Below are positions 22,824 through 35,000 of a DNA stretch of 64,000 nucleotides, piece by piece. Source of the DNA: Antedon mediterranea. Its lineage: Eukaryota > Animalia > Echinodermata. Each line of letters begins with the position of its first letter. Within the stretch, counting starts at the first letter, position 1. The stretch is taken from positions 11,904,001 through 11,968,000 of the forward strand of contig NC_092671.1 of the NCBI RefSeq assembly GCF_964355755.1, in the 5' to 3' direction. Both the position numbers and the translations under genes were made by a program. The notes below the pieces were generated by a model that did not search any database, was not told the origin of the DNA, and saw nothing but the letters and a program-made list of their open reading frames with translations.

Positions 22824-25800
22824 GTTGTTTGTTTGTTTTTTATTGATTCTCCACACAAAATGAATATGATAATTAAGTAATAAACATATATATATATACA
22901 AGAAAGATGTGTGGCTGGTGGGCAAATAAGTTCAAAGAACTTTAAGGCTTACCCACCAGAAAAGATACAATAAACATTATCAAGTATGACGAGTAAGATA
23001 TACATAGTAAGAATATAAAATAAGAAGTAAAAATACATAAGTAAAATAAACAATTTAAAAAGTAAATAAATAAGAAAAACAGAGTATAAGTTATTAAAAT
23101 GAATCATAAGTGTTTTAAACTTTAGCATTTGCACAAGTAATAATAAGTTAATGATAATAATAAATACGTAGTATTTAAGTATAAATTATTTATTATATTC
23201 AGAGACTAAAAGCTTTTTGTAGTTGTATTTAAAACTAGAGACTGTACATTTTCTTTTTAACTCTTGTGAGATAACTCTCCAGAGCTTAGGTCCAACATAA
23301 AAAACAGAGTGACGACGGGGCTTATAAAACGACTTATCAGGAATAAAATTATTTATCGAACTTCTAGTGTTATGTGTATGATCATCAGCAGTTTTTGAAA
23401 ATAGAGAACTTATATGAAAAGGCAAGATATTGCGGAACATAAATAGAGCTATCTGAAGCTTATTCAAATCATAAATGTTTAGAACGTTAAGCTTATAAAA
23501 AAGTAATTTCGAATGTGATCTATAAGATTGCCCTGCACAAATACGTAAAGCACGTTTTTGTAATTTGAACAAGCAGTCAATATGGGTAGTCTCATTACTA
23601 AGCCATGGGCACAATGTATCGAACTTATCTAAGGTAACGGCCCAACTTAAATTAATATATGAAAGATAAGGTAAAACTAAGACATTGTATAATGTGAGTA
23701 GGATTTGTTGAGGGAGTAGATGTTTAAGTTTGTTAATTATACCTATGTTTCTAGCGATCAAGCTACTGGTTGTATTAATATGTTGCTTCCATGTCAAATT
23801 TGAGTCAATAGTGACACCAAGGAACTTGATTTCATGAACATGGTTAATTAGCATTTTATCAATGTATATATTTTTATCTGTTTTTGTTTTGGCTTTAGGT
23901 TTTGAAAAAATAATGTAATTGGTTTTGGATATGTTAAGAATTAATTTGTTGCATTTTAACCAGTTTGATATGTTACAAAGTTCATTGTTCATGATATTAA
24001 ATAAAGTGTTAAGATTAGAATGTGAATAAAATATGTTAGTATCGTCGGCAAAAAGAATAAATTTGAGTATTCTAGAGCTGGAGGGTATGTCGTTAACAAA
24101 AATAGAAAATAAAAGTGGGCCTAAGATTGAGCCTTGGGGAACTCCACAAGTAATAAGTGAGTAACTAGAAATAAAGGAATTGACAGAGGTAAATTGGTAA
24201 CGATTAGATAGATAACTTGTAATGAGTTGAAGAGGAAGGCCTCTGACTCCATAATGTCTAAGTTTATATAGAAAGATATCATGGTTAATGGTGTCAAATG
24301 CCTTTGACAAGTCAAGGAAAAGTCCAATAGTAAATGTATCATTACTTAGGGCTTTAGTTATATTATCATAAATGTCTAATAAAGCAAGATCCGTTGAGAA
24401 GTTTTTCCTAAATCCATACTGATGTTCAAATAATATATTGTGCTTGTTAAAAAAAGGACGAGAATCTAATATTAAGCGCTCAAGAATTTTGGAAAAGACA
24501 GGAAGTAAGGAAATTGGTCTATAGTTACTAAAATGATGAACATCATCTTTTTTATAAATCGGAACAACCTTAGCAATTTTTAGTAAATCAGGGAAAATAC
24601 CAGTTTGTAAACAACTATTAAAAATATGGGTAAGTGGTTTGCATATGGAGTAAGAAATATATTTGATAATTTTGTTTGAAAAACCATCGAAACCAGGGCA
24701 TTTTTTATTTTGGAGTCCATAAATCATATTGATTACTTCATTTTCAGTAACCGGGGTTAAAAAAAGAGAATTGTTCAATGGTTGTGAAAGAGAGGTAGTA
24801 AAATCAGTATTATTATTGATAGTTGATGTTTTAATATTGTTGACAAGTTTAGGACCTATGTTAATAAAGTAGTCATTAAATTTAGAGGTAATTTGTTGAG
24901 GATTTAAAATTTTAGAATTGTTATGTAAAAAATACGAGGGCAGAGGTTTTCTAAAATTTTTTCCCAGTACATTATTGATTGTTTGCCAAGTTTTTTGAAT
25001 ATCGTGTTTATAAAGATTAAATTTATCAGAAAAAATTTTTTTTTTTGTTATACGAAGTAAATTGGTAATTTTGTTCCTATGTTGAGTATACTTATCTCTG
25101 TCCTTTTGTTTACCAGATTTAAGGTATTTTTTATATAATTTGTTTCTGGTATCGATGGATTTTATTAGCCCATGGGTTATCCATGGCTTTGTAGTTTCTT
25201 TGAGGAGGTTACGTTTACGTCGAACAGTTTTAATACTATCATTGTAGAGAGTGCTAAATCTATCATGAAAACTGTTATAAGCGTGGTTGGGATTATTGTC
25301 TAAGTTATATATATAAGACCAATCTTCATCTAATAAACTGTTGTTTAGTGATGAAATAGAATTATTCGTCTCACATTTCAAATAAATGTATTTGGGCGTA
25401 GTGTTTAAAGTTGGAGAAGATGATATGGACTTTTGAATTAAAGAAAAAACTGGGAAATGGTCAGATATATCAGAATAAAATATGCCGGTACAAATATTGT
25501 CTGATATATTATTGGTAAAGATATTATCAATTAGAGTTGCGGTTGATCTAGTTACCCTAGTGGGTCTTGTCGTTAATGGAAAGAAGTTGGATTGAAATAG
25601 GGAGTTAATAAAATCTAAAGTAGTTTTATGCGTATTTGAGTTTAATAGATTAATGTTAAAGTCACCTGAAAGGTATCCAGTTTTGTTCTCATTAATGATA
25701 ATTTCAATTAAGTTAGAAATGTTATTATTAAATGAATTTATGGATAGTTCAGGAGGACGATATTTAACCCCTAGAATAATATTTTTTGGGTGCGCGTTTA

Positions 25801-26420
25801 TTTCTATAAAAATGTATTCTGAATCATTGATAAGTAAATTAGATAGATCGGTGCGTAAGGTGTATTGAAGTTGTTGATGCAAATATATAGCAACACCACA
25901 TCCTGTCCTATTAGTTCTAGAAGAATGCAAGAGGTTATAATGAGGAATTTTATAAAGGGAAAAGGGTGTGATATTTGTGTTAAAGAATGTTTCACTAAAG
26001 CATAATGCTGAAAATTGATGATTGATTGCACTAAGGTAATCGGTAATTTCATTAAAGTTTTTTACTAGACTACGTGCATTTAGATGAAATAAACTAAATG
26101 AATAAATGTTGTTAGTGTGCTTACTATTAAAACTGTCAATTATAAATACTATTAATATCTGTTACATAGTTGTCATTTCCACTATTAGTGTTCTTGAAAT
26201 TGATATCAAAAGGATTAAAGATAAGGGAGGATAATTTATCAAAATCAGCTTTATGATCGAGAAAAAAATATCTTAAGGTATGTGAAAACTCATTGTCGTC
26301 AATAATATGATTAAATGGAAATACAAAATTGATAGATGGACACTCCATTGTTAAGGTTTCGAGTATTTAAAAATTAATAAAGGCATGGTATGTGTCGTAT
26401 CGAGTAAATAATATTTTTTT
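22824..26420 (-). mobile_element. Near full-length L2/CR1-group LINE (Crack/Daphne-like)
   Basis: N-terminal FPFNHIIDDNEF segment, APE and RT ORF, AT-rich 3'UTR with GGTGGGTAA..TTGCCCACC stem, AATAAA and (CAAA)n tail. Confidence 0.9.
23186..25930 (-). CDS. LINE ORF2: AP endonuclease + reverse transcriptase (N-terminus frameshifted)
   Basis: GDFN, TLIDNIF, SDHFPV (APE); NYRPISLL, DLSKAFD, GVPQGSILGP, FADD (RT); 914 codons open. Confidence 0.9.
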   Translation of the reverse strand: MHSSRTNRTGCGVAIYLHQQLQYTLRTDLSNLLINDSEYIFIEINAHPKNIILGVKYRPPELSINSFNNNISNLIEIIINENKTGYLSGDFNINLLNSNTHKTTLDFINSLFQSNFFPLTTRPTRVTRSTATLIDNIFTNNISDNICTGIFYSDISDHFPVFSLIQKSISSSPTLNTTPKYIYLKCETNNSISSLNNSLLDEDWSYIYNLDNNPNHAYNSFHDRFSTLYNDSIKTVRRKRNLLKETTKPWITHGLIKSIDTRNKLYKKYLKSGKQKDRDKYTQHRNKITNLLRITKKKIFSDKFNLYKHDIQKTWQTINNVLGKNFRKPLPSYFLHNNSKILNPQQITSKFNDYFINIGPKLVNNIKTSTINNNTDFTTSLSQPLNNSLFLTPVTENEVINMIYGLQNKKCPGFDGFSNKIIKYISYSICKPLTHIFNSCLQTGIFPDLLKIAKVVPIYKKDDVHHFSNYRPISLLPVFSKILERLILDSRPFFNKHNILFEHQYGFRKNFSTDLALLDIYDNITKALSNDTFTIGLFLDLSKAFDTINHDIFLYKLRHYGVRGLPLQLITSYLSNRYQFTSVNSFISSYSLITCGVPQGSILGPLLFSIFVNDIPSSSRILKFILFADDTNIFYSHSNLNTLFNIMNNELCNISNWLKCNKLILNISKTNYIIFSKPKAKTKTDKNIYIDKMLINHVHEIKFLGVTIDSNLTWKQHINTTSSLIARNIGIINKLKHLLPQQILLTLYNVLVLPYLSYINLSWAVTLDKFDTLCPWLSNETTHIDCLFKLQKRALRICAGQSYRSHSKLLFYKLNVLNIYDLNKLQIALFMFRNILPFHISSLFSKTADDHTHNTRSSINNFIPDKSFYKPRRHSVFYVGPKLWRVISQELKRKCTVSSFKYNYKKLLVSEYNK

Positions 26421-27015
26421 GGACGTCTGGGGTTTTTAGTATGCGTATAAGGTGTTACATTACACAACATTAAACAGTACAACAAAAGTATCAATAAACA
26501 ATGTACTATAGGCCTATAATATATAATAAATAACAGTATTAAATAAGGATGTAGATTTTCCTTTCTTTTAGATATAGGAAATACAATGTTTATTGCGTGA
26601 GAGGGTTGTTTTACTTTTTTTTATTATTATTGTGATCACATCCAAAATTTGGATCGAATTTATTATAATAGATGATGATTGACAGTTAAAATTGGAAAAA
26701 GTAAAATAATATTGTTTAAAAATGGAAAATTTTGAAATATGAAAAATGTAATTAGCCTACTTAGGTAAAGAAATTGAAATAGTAAAATCTCTTAATATCT
26801 TGGAGTCACTTTCGATTGTTCAGGAAATTGGAAAAAAATGTTACTACTACGAAACTATTACTGTTCATTATTAAAAAATGTAAACATATTGAAATAGTTT
26901 TTAATTTTCCCCACTAATAAATTTGAATACACAACAACAGCACACAAATATAAGTGTACAGTACAGTTTACCTGAGCAAACATATTCGAAGAAGGTGTTT
27001 CATCATATTTCCTCA

Positions 27016-27110
27016 TTTTTAGTCGCGTGCAACGCGACTCTACTGCTCACTATGTCGGTCCTGTTGGTCGATCGGTCGGTCGGTAAACACTAACTTGTAT
27101 ATGGCCTTGT
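27016..27110 (+). mobile_element. HINE-like copy with internal 3' deletion
   Basis: Homologous to 2116-2232 but lacks the 3' subTIR. Confidence 0.7.
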
Positions 27111-27780
27111 ATTGATATCAGTTTCATCTAGCTAAGTCAATTTTTCAGAGTATATTCCTTATGGCCAGGACTCGATGTGGTTATGTTTTTCACGGTGCGC
27201 AATCAAAAATTACAAGGTCTACGCACAATTTAACGAAATCACGTTTGTAATAATAATAATAAATAATATATTTATACAGGATAAAACAATCAGATAACAG
27301 TGTATCTGTTTTACATTGTGGTCCTGTCACAATGTAATCTGTCCTGTAATCATATCTTCACAAGCATGAATCACAATTAAATAACATTTGATGCTCATAA
27401 ATTTCAGGTCATATTTCATCATATGGCAATACAATTACGTGCGTAGCGGATACAAAGCATGCGTACGCGCGCTTAAAATTTTCAAAATTGTCAAAGTTAT
27501 TTTCGATGAAATTGGAGTACGTTTCAGGCAATTTTTAGCGTTTAAAAAATTGCAATGAGTGCGCAGATTTTTGCACGCGCACTGCACGTTAATACGCACT
27601 CTTTTTGCCCGATTTCTGTTTTACAACCTTTCTTTAATAATGTCATCATATTTGATTCTCTTTCCAACTCGAAGTTACGTTATACGAGCACGTCAAAAGT
27701 GACAGGCTACTCACGTGTAAATTAAAAAAAATATAAATGTTTTTAAACATTTTCAACATTTTTAAAAATTTTCAGCAATT

Positions 27781-27873
27781 TTGGTCGGTCGGTTGGTCAG
27801 TCGGTCGGTTGTTTGGTTGGTCGGTAACACTAACTTGAGCACGCGACTGTAGCCATGTATATGGCCTTGTTTT
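27781..27873 (+). mobile_element. HINE-like 3' half
   Basis: (GGTC)n...aacttgagcacgcgactgtagccatgtatatggccttgtttt. Confidence 0.7.
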
Positions 27874-28756
27874 AAAATGTATATAAGATGTAAAGAAATT
27901 ATTATATACTACTCAAATTATAATAAGATTAAATTCGGTTTTTTGTGTTTGTTCTAATAGGGGTGGGGGTAGATACTTCCGTTGTGCATCGTCATTTACA
28001 CTTCCCTCACCCGCGAAAGGCCGCCGTCGGCGTACTAATAGAGTACCTGCAGTAACATATTGAGGCCTAAGTTCTGGAACATAGCCCTTTGTCATGCTTC
28101 CCTCTAAGAAGAATTTAGGGAAATATATCATACTAGATGGCATCTTAATATACATATCAATAAGAATTACATATTGGCCTACCTGTTGTGTCACTGAAAG
28201 TGACAACAAGTACTGCTAAAAGCAGGACAAAGTGAAGGTTTCCCATTTTCAGTATCCCGGCTTCTTCAATATTACTCTTCTAATAGTTTTGCTACACAAA
28301 AATTGCAGTTGAGAGTCTAAGCGAAGCACATCTGATAAATAACAAATCGTTATGAAGACATCGAAAACAGGCTGTAATATTTTATCGGCCTACTGACTGA
28401 GGGGCTGACTATTAATAAAACACCAGGAGAGTTTCTCTTCTATTCGATTGGTTAATTTCATACCACGTGCTGTTGAGTATTTAGTCGGTGGAACACTTAA
28501 AATACGTCCTTCAAAATAACAAATACAAAATAAAAATGGGAAAAATATGGTGAAAATCAAGATAAACAATACAGTAATAAAATTAATCAAACCATTAGCC
28601 CACCCCATCACCCATTTATAATTTAGTTAATACAGAAATATAGAAATTATTACAAAATCTGCTTGATTTAAACTATACAATAAGAATTGTTAAATCACAA
28701 GTAATGGCGAAGAGTAATAAGATAGACAATACATAAAATAAAACCAGATCATATTA

Positions 28757-30420
28757 TATTCAAATTCAAATGTATTCACCTCCCTTAGGAGAACATAGTA
28801 AAACAGTAAATTGTACAATTTTAAAAAACAAAAATTTTACACGGTCCAGCAAAAAGAAAATCAAAAGGTTTTAACAAATTAAATAAAGTATCAACAACAT
28901 TGTGAAAAATGGCAGACTTCACACTATCACAAATACCATGATATACACAATCCACAGATTTACACAATCCACATATTTACACATTTATAAAAGATTATGA
29001 CAGTGTGCATTATTAAAAACAATATTAAAAAGAGAAAAGTCGTTGCTTTGTATGTTATGTGTTTTATATATAAACTTTATTTATTCACGAGACTGATGTA
29101 AATAGCACAACTCAACATTGATTGTTTTTACACAAGTTGGTGATATTAAAAAACCGATTCGAGCTGTTCTGTTTTGACTACTATATTTCCCCAAATAATT
29201 TTACAGTAACTCAAGTGAAGTACTACATTACAGTGTGTAATATGTCTTTTTATTTTTTTATTTTTGTGGATAATAATATCTACATCATCTGAGCATGCCC
29301 ACCCAGTCCTTTTAGAGCTTTACCGCGAATTATTCAATTTGATTTCTCCATGATAAATTTTCATCTATTATGATACCGAGATGTTTGCAATATCGAACGC
29401 GTATTAAAACATTATTATCTATATTAACAGATCTATTTTTTTCTTTGGTAGTTGCCAATCGGTTTGTCGATCCGATCAACATACACTCAGACTTTATTAT
29501 TTTTTAGCCAATCGTGGATTTGTATAAGCTCTTCATTTATACTTTGAAATATTTCATTTTCATTTTTTGAAGCACAATGGATTATAGTATCGTCAGTATA
29601 CATTTATTTTTGCAATTTTGTACAACCTTCAATAGGTCATTTATATACAAGAGGAAAGCAAGTGGACCTACGATTGACCACTGAGACACTTGGATGTGTG
29701 TATAGTCAGACAATGTATATTTCACATTTGTGAATTGTTTTCGCTCAGTCAGATAGCTGTCGAACCCTTTAAATGCATATATTCTTAGACCATAAAGTCT
29801 CAATTTGCTTAATAGTATGTTATAAAAATCGGGTAAACAGATTGTGACCAGCATACCCTGTCTACTGCACTATACCAGTCGTCCGTCACGTTTGTAAGTG
29901 TAGCAGATGTTGAGTATGATGGTCGAAAACCCGATTGATTTATACATAATAGATTATTGTTATTAAAAAAGGCATAAACTTGATTAAAAACGACTCGTTC
30001 AATTATTTTTGAAAGTATATGTAGGACGGATATGGGACGATAGCTATTAGGGTTAGTTTTGTTACCATTCTTAAAAATTGACGTCACCTTTGCTATTTTC
30101 CACGTATTTGGGAATTTACTCTTGTGAAAGAGTTTATTATGCTTGTAATAATTGGGGATATGATCGAGGCAGACATTTTTAAAATGCACGTTGGTAAATT
30201 ATTATGACCAGTGGCTTTGTGTTTTTGAAATATTATTTAATATAAGTATTTAAATACAAATTCACATATGATGTGCTCGAATTCAAAATTATTTTCGGTG
30301 AAAATATCGATTTCATCATAATTTATAACATTTATCGGCTCAAGTATTTTGTGATGCAAGATGTGGACCTATATTTGAGAATCATTTGTTAATTTCATTT
30401 GCGATGTACTTAGCTTTATA
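28757..30420 (-). mobile_element. Degenerate L2/CR1-group LINE
   Basis: FPNTWKIAKV, YRPISVL, NQSGFRP, SIVGPLAFLLYINDL fragments; (TTTGAA)n tail near 28760. Confidence 0.8.
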
Positions 30421-30695
30421 GAGGACATCGCCATTATTATTACAAATTACTGTTTTTTTACGTCGATTTTATTTTCTGTTGTACTTTCTTGAATTAAATT
30501 TGCTTGTGCTAAATCAGGCCATTTCTTGTCTTAAATGTGCGTTCTATTTAAAGGTTAATTACAATAACAAGAGAAAAAGAATGCACTACATAAGTAGCTC
30601 GCGTCGAAGGTTCTCTTGTCAGACGTTTCTAGGCCTTGCTTAGTTTGGCTCTTAGATTAATAGGCCTAGCTGGAACATCAAGATCACAACAAGAA

Positions 30696-30803
30696 CTAGA
30701 AAATTCAGATATCTGAGTTTTCTAGATCTTGAAAAGTCAGATATCTGAGTTTTCTAGATCTAGAAAACTGAGATCTGAGTTTTCTAGATCTGAGTTTTCT
30801 AGA
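30696..30803. repeat. Short tandem array of palindromic units
   Basis: CTAGAAAATTCAGATATCTGAGTTTTCTAG and 3-4 variants. Confidence 0.85.
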
Positions 30804-33256
30804 CACCCTTTGCCGTCACATCATGAATATTCATATGAGGATTCAGATTCTATAGTTTCTGTCTTAACCTAATAGGAAAAAAAATATTGAAATGTCCAAA
30901 TATAAACTCTCTTGCTCAAATAGCTATCTAGCGCCCTCCATTTTCAGGGAACATAAAAGTTGTTAGTCTCTTTTTCAGACTCTGTAATTATAATGATCAT
31001 ATTTAGTTAACATTTTTGGTTCATACATAATATAATTCGACTATTTGAAGCCATAAGTGCTGGTAACTGTCATTTCTTGTTTGTTGATTAGAATAGCATG
31101 CCTATTTCGTCTCCGGAAGCGTGTATTTTGATTTCTGTTTGTTGAACCTTGATCATGTTGCCTGGATGATTATTTCTCTGTATTTTGGAGGTATCAAGTC
31201 ATGTACTGAAATCACCAATATCATCCATTGTGTTGTCGTGGAGGAATTGCTGATATATAAAGCTTCGATGTTGGTGACAATTGTGATTATTTTTTCCATT
31301 GATTCCTGGATTTTTTTACCTCCTTACCATTTGAGACATCGTGTGTTCCTACTTTTATAATTATATTTGCATACTAATTTAAGTTTGCGGACTTCTGTAA
31401 TTCATGTTATATATCTTCGATAACCGCACATCGTTTCACTATGATATCAGTGTCCTTAAACCATTAGTTATCCATATCCCTCATGGGCATAACGTCCCCT
31501 ATTATAAGTTTTTGTGGATTGGATTAGGGCTCGCTAGGCTAGTGATAATAATATCTAAGGAGGTGTTTAATCGGCCGTACGTTCAACCTCAAGTTATTGC
31601 TGACCTTTTCGTTTAAGCTTGTCATTTGTTGCTTCTTCTCTAGACTTGCTTGCCGCTTCTTAATAATGATCGTTTTCAGTGAAATTTTGTTTCCATTTGT
31701 CTGTAAAACTCAACTTTTTGTTTTAGTTGTAGCCTATATCCATTTTGCAATTTCGACATGCCCATTTCGAATTTGGTAGCTTCTTTAGGTTAACACATAC
31801 AGGTGATATGCGGGTTTTTTTGCTAGTATTTTGCTAGTATTCCATTTTGTTTACAGGTTACCTTACTACAACTTATCTATAGTGTGCTAGACTGCTCATC
31901 CGATGTTTCTGTTTGTTGGTCGTTTGGCTTAGATTTGTCATTTGGTTCGTCCGGCATATTCAACAAGAAGTTTGTAGGCCCTTCAGATGCGTCGTCTATT
32001 TTTGCCTCAATTGTGGAGGTGAGACTTTTGTCAAAGATAGGACCAGGTGTACCGTGTGCTTCGTAATCAGTTAAATACGCATAGCATCCCACAGTGGGGG
32101 ATGAATACAGTTTTAGTACTATGCCTTTGAAATGTTATTTTCCTGTTCAAATTAAAATAGATCTGGAATACTTATTTCCAAACTGTTAGAACTGAGTTCC
32201 ACGTGGTGGGCAAAAAATCAAATCGCCCATGCACTAACCAATTTTATAGTAGGCCTATCAAAATAACCATGTAAAATAATTTATAACACGAACTCCTGAT
32301 TATTCAGTTAAAAAGGACATTCACTCTCATACAAGATATGTTGATACACAATGGGCCTATAATATTTAATCTATGTTATTAATTATCGCTATTTATATTT
32401 AATTTAATTTAATTTTGATTTTTGTTTGGTCTTTTGTCTTTGTGTCTTCTTACTATACATCGACATTGAATAAATTATCATTCTGAATACGGTATGTTAT
32501 CATTTTTATTTTGTGCATAAACGTAAATGATGCAAGCATAAAAAAAGAGTTACTAAAGACAATACAACTAATTTGTAAAAGTCTATACTCAAAGTGTAGC
32601 TGATGAGTTGTTTATTTCCATTTAAACAAATATTTATTTTAATGATGAATTGTATAATTTATATTTATTGATCTGCATCTGTAAGTCAAATAAGAAACAT
32701 ATAAAAAAGAAATATAAAAAGAAATATATGTATATTATATATTATTTAATTCATTTTCAAAATTTCACCCGGGCGGTTCAAAATTAATGTTTGGCGCCTG
32801 TGTTGTTATATACTGTAAATGCAAAAGTTTCCTACTAATAATTAAACATTTCATTTCTAATACTATGATTAAACATATCAGTACCACGTTGTTTAATCCA
32901 CTTGAATCCACACATTCTGTAAATCCTTTGTAGTTTATTGAATGTTCATTCAAATCCAGTTTAAATACTTTATACTATTATACTATAGTATGACGACCTC
33001 TTTCTATTCGTCCAATAGCACCAACATAAGCCACAGCAATCATAAAGCAGATTCATTTGTACACATGCGCAAAGGGTCGTAATGTATTGTTGTGTACTAA
33101 TGAATGAACACAAATGGGACAAGGTGAATAAACTGAAATCTAACTACTATTACACGTGATTAGTTTTAATTACTTAAAAAATAAAATGTATGTGTATAAC
33201 AACAATTTACTTACTAACGGCATTTAAGGATTCAATTATCACGGAATATAATTTAC

Positions 33257-33540
33257 ATATGATTCTTTACTGTAAACAATTTAACGTACCATTGCCAACT
33301 GCGTCCGCACTATTTAGATAATTCATCTATCTTTTTAAACCACCAGTCAGCCTACCAAAATGCTAATTACAAATTAGCATAACACAGCAAGTGCTATGTT
33401 TATGTCTTCCTTATATTGCCACTCATTTTGTTTCGATCATAATGACGTGAGAGGTTGAACTGTGATGCTAGGAATTTGTGCAGTAACAATTATAAATTAG
33501 ATTTAAACGAGTTAGACGAGCTAATTATCCGCACAATAAA
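33257..33540 (+). repeat. Dispersed 280-bp repeat, copy 2
   Basis: Matches 1711-1992. Confidence 0.9.
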
Positions 33541-33639
33541 CGCCACGTGCACGCACGTTAAAACATTCGCACAGAAAATATTGTCATTATGTATATTACA
33601 TAGGCCTACTGTATACAAACTACATACAGTGTAGCATAG

Positions 33640-34255
33640 GTGAAATTACGGGACCCACATATGTTCTAATTTTTTGGTATGATGACGTTATCAAAATCAA
33701 ACATGAAATGACAATTCCGGAAGATAATGATTTGAGCCAAAAAATATAAGGTTTGAAAAAATTGGTCACGGAGTATCGAGATGGGCGCTCTTTTAAATGT
33801 GATGACTATGACGACAAAGATGAGAATCTGTCTTATTTACTATAATTGGTCGTATGATGACGTCACACCATCCGATAGGCATTACATGAATTCATACCTA
33901 CAATTCAACAGCTTCCATAATACCTTTTAATTTGAAAGAGCTATAGGAGATGAAAATATACTGTAATGATGAAATAATTAAGTGACCCAGGTTATTAAAT
34001 TTTGTTGACATTATGACGTCATCAAAATTTAAACATTTGTAACTCAGGCGAAATATAATTCATTATTCATTATATCAAAAAAATATTAACACCTATAGCG
34101 AGAAATAGGGTACTGATAAGCGAGATGCGATTATGATGAGCTATGACGATCAGAGACAACAACCTATTTTTTTTTATTCGGCTGGCCATATGATGACGTC
34201 ACAACATCCAACAGGTAAAAATTTTACATGAATTCATATCTACAACTTCCTTCTG
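33640..34255. repeat. Diverged 2 x about 340-bp repeat rich in TGACGTCA
   Basis: tatgatgacgtcac...ttacatgaattcata and atgacgt(t/c)atcaaaat blocks each occur twice. Confidence 0.6.
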
Positions 34256-34454
34256 CAAAATCAGTTTAACAAATTGGGGTAACCTTTAATCCTCCTCCTT
34301 GAGGATCTATAATAGATTCAAATAGGCCTGATTTTGACAATACAGTATTTAAAAAAAAACTAAAACGCGCGTAAAATATCTAATTCAACGTGTTTGTATG
34401 GCATGATTTCGTTTCGTTTATTTATTTTTTCCACTCACTCATATATATATATAT

Positions 34455-35000
34455 ATCATTTACATTTACATAACATATTAAATGTGGGTGGATGGAAGTC
34501 ACAGTAAGTTCACTGAACTTTAAGTCGTGACTCCCGTATGCCTATAAGTATACTAACATTGCTACAGAGTAGACTAAAATATGAATATATAATAGTGAAA
34601 GTACATAAAATCAAAAAAAAAAAAAAAAAATTTAAATTATAGAAGTTAACATAAACCAGGCAATTATATAATATAATGATAAAAGGGATAATGATAACAA
34701 TTAGAGTACAATATGAAATATAATTAAATGTGGTATAATAACAAGTATAACGATACAATGTAGCGGAGATTATTGAATTCCAGGGTGAAGGATTTAATGC
34801 CATGTATCACCACCAAATAAATAAGGATAAAAGATCGGCAAAAAATTATGTAGCATATTCTGACACCATTTTGTGTTTGAAATTAGATTTAAAACTAGAA
34901 AAGGAAGATTTCTGTTTAAGTTCATTTGAGAGTGAAGTCCAATTGTTTGAAGTTGATCTGTTTTAATTACTAGCAAAGGCTGGAAAATATAATTCATGAG
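34455..35000 (-). mobile_element. LINE 3' end remnant
   Basis: AT-rich UTR and terminal stem-loop resembling the tail at 22900; RT C-terminal relic. Confidence 0.4.

Noticed and set aside
32598-32640. Second hammerhead (CTGATGAG)
   Set aside because: No GAAA box and no convincing stems I or III.
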